Positions 26,883 through 34,000 of a stretch of DNA of 64,000 nucleotides are shown piece after piece. The position numbers and the translations under genes are program-made. Positions within the stretch are counted from its first letter, which is position 1; every line of letters begins with the position of its first letter. The notes beneath the pieces are model-generated. The model saw only the letters and a list, made by a program, of their open reading frames with translations. It was not told the DNA's origin and ran no database searches. Origin of the DNA: Chloroflexota bacterium (GTDB lineage Bacteria; Chloroflexota; Anaerolineae; UBA4142); the NCBI GenBank assembly GCA_037440365.1, contig JBBIUF010000003.1:28910-92909 (forward strand), in the 5' to 3' direction.

Positions 26883-28037
26883 ATGAAGTCATTAACTCTT
26901 CGTATGGCGCTCGTTTGGCTCGTGGCCGCAGGAATGGCGGCGATGGTCGTTGCGTGCGGTGGTAGCCCGTTAGCCACCACGGCACTGCCGCCCACGAGTT
27001 CAACCGCATCTCAGATCGTCACTCAATCCGCGACCAGCGTTCGCGCCATCGGCACGATGAGTTCCGCGAACCAAGCGTCGCTTGCGTTCCAAACGGCGGG
27101 ACGTGTGAAACAGATCAATGTCAAGGAAGGCGATATGGTTCACACGGGCGATTTGCTCATCGCGCTCGACACCACGATGCTCGATTTGCAAGTCGCGCAG
27201 GCGCAAGCCGCCGTCGATACCGCGCAAGCGCGGCTCGATCAATTGAAAAATCCGGCATCGGCCGATGTCGCCGCGGCGCAAGCCCAAGTCGCGTCCGCGC
27301 AAGCCGCGCTCGCGCAATTGAAAACGCCGACGGTAAACGATCTCCAAATTGCTAAAGCTGACTTGGACAACGCTCAAGCCGCCGTCGCGCAAGCGCAAGC
27401 CGCGTTTGATCGTGTGGGCGGGGACAGCAATCCATACATTGGAATGTTGCCGCAGGGATTGGCACTCCAACAAGCCTCGAACGGATTGCTCAAGGCGCAA
27501 GCGGCATTCAACGCGCGCACCAATCCCAGCGACGCCCAGTTGAAACAAGCGCAAGCGCTCGTCGATCAAGCGCAAGCGGCGCTGAATCGTCTGACGAACC
27601 CCAGCGCAAACGATGTGAAAACTGCGCAAGCCACGGTTGCCCAGGCGCAAGCCGCGCTCGATCTGGCAAAACAAAATGTCGCGAACGCAAAAATCGTTGC
27701 GCCGTTCGACGGCACCGTTGTGTGGTTTGGTCCGCATCTCGGTGAATCTGCCGCGCCGAACGTACCGATGGTGACGCTTGCCGATTTAACGCATATGCAG
27801 GTGCAAATCGGCGTAGATGAAAACACGGTCGCGCAACTCAAACTGGGTCAAGCGGCGACCATCACCGCCGATGCCTTGCCAGGAAAAACTTTGACCGGAC
27901 GGATCAGCAAAATTGGCTTGCTGGCTACATCAACCGCGGGCATCATCAGTCTGCCGGTCACGATCAACGTGGATGCTACCGATGCGCCGATTGCGCCGGG
28001 CTTGAGCGCCACCGTCGAAATTAACGTTGCAAAATAG
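26883..28037 (+). CDS. HlyD/efflux periplasmic adaptor-family lipoprotein with long Ala/Gln coiled coil
   Basis: Lipobox VVAC. Barrel-sandwich motif (VKEGDMVHTGDLLIALD). About 180-aa repetitive coiled coil (AQAQAAL..L.NPS..DV..AQA). Beta-barrel C-terminus. Confidence 0.85.
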   Translation: MKSLTLRMALVWLVAAGMAAMVVACGGSPLATTALPPTSSTASQIVTQSATSVRAIGTMSSANQASLAFQTAGRVKQINVKEGDMVHTGDLLIALDTTMLDLQVAQAQAAVDTAQARLDQLKNPASADVAAAQAQVASAQAALAQLKTPTVNDLQIAKADLDNAQAAVAQAQAAFDRVGGDSNPYIGMLPQGLALQQASNGLLKAQAAFNARTNPSDAQLKQAQALVDQAQAALNRLTNPSANDVKTAQATVAQAQAALDLAKQNVANAKIVAPFDGTVVWFGPHLGESAAPNVPMVTLADLTHMQVQIGVDENTVAQLKLGQAATITADALPGKTLTGRISKIGLLATSTAGIISLPVTINVDATDAPIAPGLSATVEINVAK

Positions 28038-28049
28038 AAATTGGAAATT

Positions 28050-28086
28050 GGAGATTGAAAATTAGAATCTCGATTCTCTAATCTCC
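28050..28086. repeat. AT-rich imperfect palindrome in the HlyD-HlyD intergenic region
   Basis: GGAGATT-7 nt-AGAATC-TC-GATTCT-CT-AATCTCC, preceded by tandem AAATTGG AAATTGG. Confidence 0.5.
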
Positions 28087-28116
28087 GACATCCAACTTTT
28101 AACCAAAGAGGAAACC

Positions 28117-28791
28117 ATGAAAATTCTTCGTCGCGCCATTTTATTACTCATCCTGATTGTGATCTTGGGAGCCGCAGGATTTGCGGGCTATCGTTACTGG
28201 TATCAACCCACGTTCGTTTTTTTCAACACGACCGATGCCAGCGTCACCGGCACGTTCATCCGCGTCGCCGCGCCGGCGTCGGGTCAGATTAACGATATTC
28301 TAAACGCCGGCGTCAGCGTTAATAAAGGCGATGTGCTGGCAACCATCAAAGTGGTATCCACTGCGCCAACGACGGCATCGGGTCCATCGGTTCCGCGCTT
28401 GCTTACGCGCGTCACTAGCCCGATCAGCGGCATCGTTTCAGTGCGCAACGTCAGCGTCGGCGAAACGATTGCCGCAGGACAGTCGGTGGCAAGCATTGTA
28501 GATTTGAGTCAATTGTGGGTTATCGTGAATGTTGAAGAATCACGGGTCGCCGATGTTCACATTGGGCAGACTGCCGATGTGGACATTGCGGATGTAAAGC
28601 TAACTTTTCGCGGTCGAGTCGCGGACATTGGTTCGGCGACGACGAATGTGGCTTCGCCCAGCATCAGTCTCAGTAGTTCAGGCGATACCACGCAAAAGGT
28701 TCCGGTGAAAATCGTATTCGACTATGCGGGCGCGCGTCTCGTCCCAGGCATGTCGACCAGCGTCACGATTTACACGCACGGCGCGCCATAA
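28117..28791 (+). CDS. Short HlyD-family secretion/adaptor protein
   Basis: 224 aa. N-terminal TM helix, lipoyl-like motif (VNKGDVLATI), and a beta-barrel segment. No long coiled coil. Confidence 0.75.
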   Translation: MKILRRAILLLILIVILGAAGFAGYRYWYQPTFVFFNTTDASVTGTFIRVAAPASGQINDILNAGVSVNKGDVLATIKVVSTAPTTASGPSVPRLLTRVTSPISGIVSVRNVSVGETIAAGQSVASIVDLSQLWVIVNVEESRVADVHIGQTADVDIADVKLTFRGRVADIGSATTNVASPSISLSSSGDTTQKVPVKIVFDYAGARLVPGMSTSVTIYTHGAP

Positions 28792-29005
28792 TCGTTCTGG
28801 TGTGTTAATGCGCGACGACGCCAGGCGGCACAGCGCCACTTGGCAAACGCAAATGGCGTTAGCTCGTTGTTCGTTTGAGGACGGCTGTGGTATGACGATA
28901 GGTTTGCTCAGGAATCCTCACAGTAACATTTAAGATTGAGCTTGGTTGATACCTAGGCAACCTGTGGATTAAAAAGCTGAGTTGATTTTCTATAGGGGAT
29001 CAGTC

Positions 29006-29034
29006 AAGGGGCGACCATTGGTCGCCCCTTTTGT
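29006..29034. terminator. Intrinsic terminator hairpin between convergent genes
   Basis: AAGGGGCGAC-CATTG-GTCGCCCCTT followed by TTGTG. Lies between the plus-strand HlyD-family gene end and the minus-strand small gene end. Confidence 0.7.
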
Positions 29035-29068
29035 GCATCACGCTAACTTGATCTCGCCAATGGTTTGA

Positions 29069-29314
29069 TTATTCAACCTTGATCCGTGTCGCTTTGGGCG
29101 CGGATTTTTCTTTTTCCGCCGTTTCGATTTTCTCGATCCGCGCGTCAATCAGAGAGCGCCATGCGAGCAACATTTCGCGATATGCCGCGCGGCGATGTGT
29201 GTGAAATTCATCGGTGAAATGATCGCTCCGTTGTTCGCGCATCTCTTTACCAAACGCTTTAATCGCGTCCGCAAGATAATCTTCCCAAGATCGTTCCGAG
29301 TTAGTCTCTGTCAT
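29069..29314 (-). CDS. Hypothetical small helical protein (81 aa)
   Basis: Perfect GGAGG RBS 5 nt upstream of the ATG, and only 10 nt after the protease stop. Charged, helical composition. No family recognised. Confidence 0.65.
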   Translation of the reverse strand: MTETNSERSWEDYLADAIKAFGKEMREQRSDHFTDEFHTHRRAAYREMLLAWRSLIDARIEKIETAEKEKSAPKATRIKVE

Positions 29315-29324
29315 GATTTCCTCC

Positions 29325-30194
29325 TCAATCGGCTACGGTTGCATCGGTCTGTGCCACCGTTGGCGCAATCCCTTCAGTCATTTCGCGCATCGCTTGGCAC
29401 GCCGCAATTGTTTCCTCAATGTAATCAACCGGATGCACCGCCGCCAAGCCAGTGTTCTCTTCAAAGATGACGCGCGGGCGATTGGTTTGCGCTGACAAAG
29501 CGACATCCTGGTATGGCACATACGCGCGCACCACGCCAATGAGACACGCCGTCGGATGCGCCGGGGTGCCTTGAATTGCCATTACTTCGGGTTTCAGCAC
29601 AACGGGTCCGCCGCTGTTGCCGGGAAACACAAATGCATCCACTAGATATTCCGTGTCCGTCCCCGATAGCACATCGCGAATTCGCGCCAGCGAACCATTC
29701 CGCACAATCACGGCATTGCGCTTATCGCCGACCAGCCCCATGGGAAAACCCAGGACGTAGGCAAAGTCGCCTTCCGTGACCCCGAGGGTGTTCAATTCCG
29801 CGATCCCGGCAACATGCTCATCGTTGCGAAAATAAGCAACTTGCAACGCGGCGTCTTCGAGTGCGTCATAGTTGATCGGCATTACCGCCACATCAATTTC
29901 CGGGTCGGGGTGCGCGAACCACAACGGTTGGCCAGCGGCATCGCTCAGCGCCAAATTAAATTCGCGCGCCGGTTGATCGGCTTGACGATTGAACCGCAAA
30001 TAGGCATGTGGCAAATGCGTCAGCACATGGCGATTGGTCACGAGATACACGGCATAGTCCCGTTGCGAATTTTCGCCGCGCGCCAACCGATAACCGTACA
30101 GAAAACCGGAGGCAACCCAACGGTGTTCGCCTTGAGCATCCGCCGCACCGATCGCGACGACGCAATCGAGAAAGAAGGGAGGGATGAGCGCCAT
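29325..30194 (-). CDS. Cytoplasmic trypsin-like (S1/chymotrypsin-fold) serine protease
   Basis: 289 aa with no signal peptide. Candidate triad His (LVTNRHVL), Asp (EIDVAV), Ser (FPGNSGGPV). Start overlaps the upstream stop (TAATG). Confidence 0.75.
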   Translation of the reverse strand: MALIPPFFLDCVVAIGAADAQGEHRWVASGFLYGYRLARGENSQRDYAVYLVTNRHVLTHLPHAYLRFNRQADQPAREFNLALSDAAGQPLWFAHPDPEIDVAVMPINYDALEDAALQVAYFRNDEHVAGIAELNTLGVTEGDFAYVLGFPMGLVGDKRNAVIVRNGSLARIRDVLSGTDTEYLVDAFVFPGNSGGPVVLKPEVMAIQGTPAHPTACLIGVVRAYVPYQDVALSAQTNRPRVIFEENTGLAAVHPVDYIEETIAACQAMREMTEGIAPTVAQTDATVAD

Positions 30195-30880
30195 TAGATT
30201 TTCTCCGCGACGACCATGAGCGAGGTGCCGATCGGCAAATTGACGCGCGCGATCAGCGCGGCTTCCAATTGTCCCACGCCGCGCAAAATTGTATTGAGCC
30301 AGGGCGCCGTCGGTTCCATTTCAACCTGGTAGGCATCTTGATCGAAATGATGCGAACTCAGGTTTTGTTTCGCGCCAAAGCGGTTGCGCAATAAAATTAA
30401 AGGCGCGGACATTGGGAATACAAAGAAAAATCCAAACGAGAGCCGTGTGATCCGAAACCCGGCGCGTTCGACGCGCGTGCGTAACTCGCTCGGGGTGTAC
30501 CGATGTTTGTGTCCGTTGAGGACATCGTTGTAACTCCATAACCATTGAAACGCCGGCGTCGAAATTGCCAGCACGCCGCCAGGGCGCAACACGCGGAACG
30601 CCTCGCGCAGAATCGCTTCGTCGGCATCCACATGTTCGATCACGTCTAGCGCCGTCACCAGATCGAACGAGGCGTCGGGAAACGGGATCGCGCGCGTGGC
30701 ATCGCCTTGCCGCACATCATAGCCGCGCGCTTGCGCCATCGCCACAGGGCGCGCGTCCACTTCGATCCCTTTGACGCGCCCGTAGCGCGTGAGATGATGA
30801 ATCATATTGCCCGCGCCGCACCCAATATCGAGCACGTCGCCGCTCCGTTGCCGCACATTGGCGTCAAGCAAATTCAGCAA
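30194..30880 (-). CDS. Class I SAM-dependent methyltransferase (true start probably upstream near 30964, see findings)
   Basis: Motif I VLDIGCGAGN. Methyltransf_11/23-like layout. Coordinates are the canonical-start ORF (TTG at 30880). The in-frame upstream 28 codons contain HWWF and a GAGGAG RBS. Confidence 0.8.
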   Translation of the reverse strand: MLNLLDANVRQRSGDVLDIGCGAGNMIHHLTRYGRVKGIEVDARPVAMAQARGYDVRQGDATRAIPFPDASFDLVTALDVIEHVDADEAILREAFRVLRPGGVLAISTPAFQWLWSYNDVLNGHKHRYTPSELRTRVERAGFRITRLSFGFFFVFPMSAPLILLRNRFGAKQNLSSHHFDQDAYQVEMEPTAPWLNTILRGVGQLEAALIARVNLPIGTSLMVVAEKI

Positions 30881-31030
30881 CGACCAGGTGCGTGTGGCAA
30901 ACCACCAATGCTGGTCTTCTGGTAATTCTGTAATCGTAGGGGCTTGGGTTTGAGTTACGATGATTTTTCTCCTCGATCAATCTCGCGAGTATTCTACATC
31001 ACTTTGAGTTGCGACGCAATCAAAATCCGT

Positions 31031-31059
31031 TTGACATTGCGTCGCGCGCGGATTACAAT
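31031..31059 (+). promoter_or_regulatory. Sigma-70-like promoter of lhr (predicts a leaderless mRNA)
   Basis: TTGACA-17 nt-TACAAT. Only 6 nt (CGCACC) separate the -10 box from the ATG at 31066. Confidence 0.6.
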
Positions 31060-31065
31060 CGCACC

Positions 31066-34000
31066 ATGAGTGATCCACTTGGAAATTTTTCTGTGCCAGT
31101 GCGTACGTGGTTCCGCGAAACGTTTGGCGCGCCGACGCCGCCGCAAACCCAGGGCTGGGAACCGATTCAACGGGGTGAACATACGCTCATCCTCGCGCCC
31201 ACCGGATCGGGCAAAACCATGGCCGCGTTTCTGTGGGGCATTAATCAACTATACAGCGCAAGCCCAACAACCCAAGCTGGAATCCATCTGCTCTATCTCT
31301 CTCCGTTGAAAGCGTTGAACAACGATATTGAGCGCAACTTGCGCGCGCCGCTTGATGGCATTCGCGCCACCGCGTCCCGACTTGGTGTCGCTTTGCCCGA
31401 ATTGCGCGTTGCCGTTCGCACTGGCGATACGCCGCAGAGCGCGCGCGCCGCGATGCTCAAACAGCCGCCGGATATTTTAATCACCACGCCCGAATCGTTA
31501 TACCTGATGCTGACCGCGCCCCGCGCGCGCGATTTATTCCGCACTACCCGCACGGTGATCGTGGATGAAATTCATACACTCGTGGGCAATAAACGCGGCG
31601 TGCACCTCGCGCTTTCGCTCGAACGCTTGGAACATTTGGCAAGCGCGCGTGTGCAACGCATTGGCTTGTCCGCAACGATCCAGCCGCTCGATCAAGCCGC
31701 GCGATTTCTGGGCGGACAAGAACAATGGTCAGTCCACAGTCCACAGCTCGCAAACTCGTCCGCCTTCGTCTTTCGCCCGGTCACTATTGTCAACGCCAAC
31801 TATCATAAATCGCTCGATCTCCGGGTTGTGACCGTCGTTAATGATTTCAACGATCTTCCCGGCGAAACGATTTGGCCCTCAGTTGTCCCTCAAGTTCTAA
31901 AAGATATTTTGACACATCGCACTACGTTGATCTTTGCAAACAATCGCCGTCTTGCCGAGCGCACCGCGGATCGCTTGAACGCGCAATTCGACGCGGTGCA
32001 GAGCGAAGAGATCGCGCCCGATTCCACCGAGGCACTTGCGCCCGGCGGCTTGGCGCGCGATCGCGGCATTTTCGCAATTGGCGCAGAGGGACCCTTTCGC
32101 GCGCATCACGGCTCGATGTCGAAAGAGGCGCGGCACAAGATGGAACAGGATTTGAAAAACGGCATATTGCCCGCGCTCGTCGGCACCAGTTCGCTCGAAC
32201 TGGGGATCGATATTGGCTCAGTCGATCTCGTCGTGCAATTGCAATCGCCGAAAAGTGTCGCGCAAGGATTGCAACGCATCGGGCGCGCGGGGCATCTCGT
32301 CGGGCAAACAAGTGTCGGCAGAATTTATGCGACGTTCCGCGAAGATGTGATCGAAGCGGCGGCAATTGTCCGCGGCATGTTGGACGGCGCTGTCGAACCC
32401 ACGCACACGCCGGAAAATCCGCTGGATGTGCTGGCGCAACACATCGTCGCCATGGTTGCGTGCGAAACCTGGTCGGCATCAACTTTGTTTGATCTCGTGC
32501 GGCAAGCCTACCCGTACCGCGCGCTCTCACGCGCCGCGTTTAACGCGGTCCTGGATATGCTATCTGGCAAGTTTGAAAAAATCAGCGCAAAAATTTCCTG
32601 GGATCGCGTGAATGATAATTTGCTCGCGCTTCCTGGTTCGCGTTTGCTCGCCATGTTGAACGGCGGAACGATTGCGGACACGGGCGCGTTTGGAGTATAT
32701 TTGCCTGATGGCAAAACCAAGGTCGGCGAGCTCGATGAAGAATTTATTTTTGAGACGCGCGTCGGCGACGCATTCTTGCTTGGCAGTCACACCTGGCGCG
32801 TGCGCGACATTGCCGATGACCGCATCGTCGTGGAAGATGCCGCTGACGCAACACCGCGCATGCCATTCTGGAAAGGCGATTATCCCTGGCGGCCGTTCGA
32901 ACTCGGCGTGCGCATCGGCAAGTTTCGGCGCGTCGTGGCGGAAAAAATCGCGGCGCATTCTGTCATTGCGAGGAACGTACTTGGTGACGAAGCAATCCCC
33001 AATTCAGATTTGGAGATTGCTTCGCAAAAAACGCTCACAATGACACCCGTGGTTACTTGGTTGCAGGACGAATACAGGCTCGACGAAAATTCCGCGCGCA
33101 ATCTCATCGCGCATGTGCAACGCCAACTGGATGCCGTCGGCGTTATGGCAGACGATCACACCATCGTCGTCGAAACATTTCAAGATGCCATCGGCGAACC
33201 CAGGATGGTAATTCATTCGCCGTTTGGCGGGCGCGTGAATGGCGCATGGGCGCTCGCGTTGACTAGCGCGATCCGCGAACGCTATAACATAGAACCCCAA
33301 ACACAAACCAATGACGATGGCATTTTATTTCGCTTTCCGCAAACAACCGCGCCGCCTGCCGACCTGGTTGCGCCAATGACCGCAAGCGACGCGCGCGATC
33401 GCATTGTGCGCGAGTTGCCCAACTCGGCAGTGTTCGGTGCGCATTTCCGCATGAACGCGGCGCGCGCGTTGCTCTTGCCCAAAATGCGCGGCAACAAGCG
33501 GACGCCGTTTTGGTTGCAACGGCTCAAAGCGCGCGATTTGCTGGCAACTCTGCGGCGCGAAAATGATTTCCCAATCATTGTGGAAACCTATCGTGATTGT
33601 TTGCGCGATGTCTTTGATCTGCCGCATCTCGAAGAAATTCTCGATCAAATTCAGCGCGGCGAGATTCGCGTTGTGCCACTTGAAACGGTTGTGCCTTCAC
33701 CGATTGCATCCAGCTTGCTATTTAATTTTATCAGCGTGTACATGTACGCCGGTGATGCGCCGCAAGCCGAGCATCAAATGCAAGCGCTCACGCTTAGCCG
33801 CGAATGGTTGGACGATCTGCTGGGACATGCCAATACGCGCGAATTGCTCAAACCCGAAGCCATTGCCGCGGTCGAACATTCCGCGCAACACGACACACTG
33901 GGTTTTCAAGCGCGCAGTGCGGAAGAACTTGCATTGATTCTGCACGAACTCGGCGATCTCACGACGGATGAAATCAGCGCGCGGTGTGTTGGCGACGCGG

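Noticed and set aside
27150-27700. Dense recurrence of GCGCAAGC(C/G)GC strings in the first HlyD-like gene, considered as a DNA repeat element.
   Set aside because: The strings are explained by the codons of an Ala/Gln-rich coiled coil (AQAQAAL repeats) in an intact ORF. There is no independent DNA-level structure.
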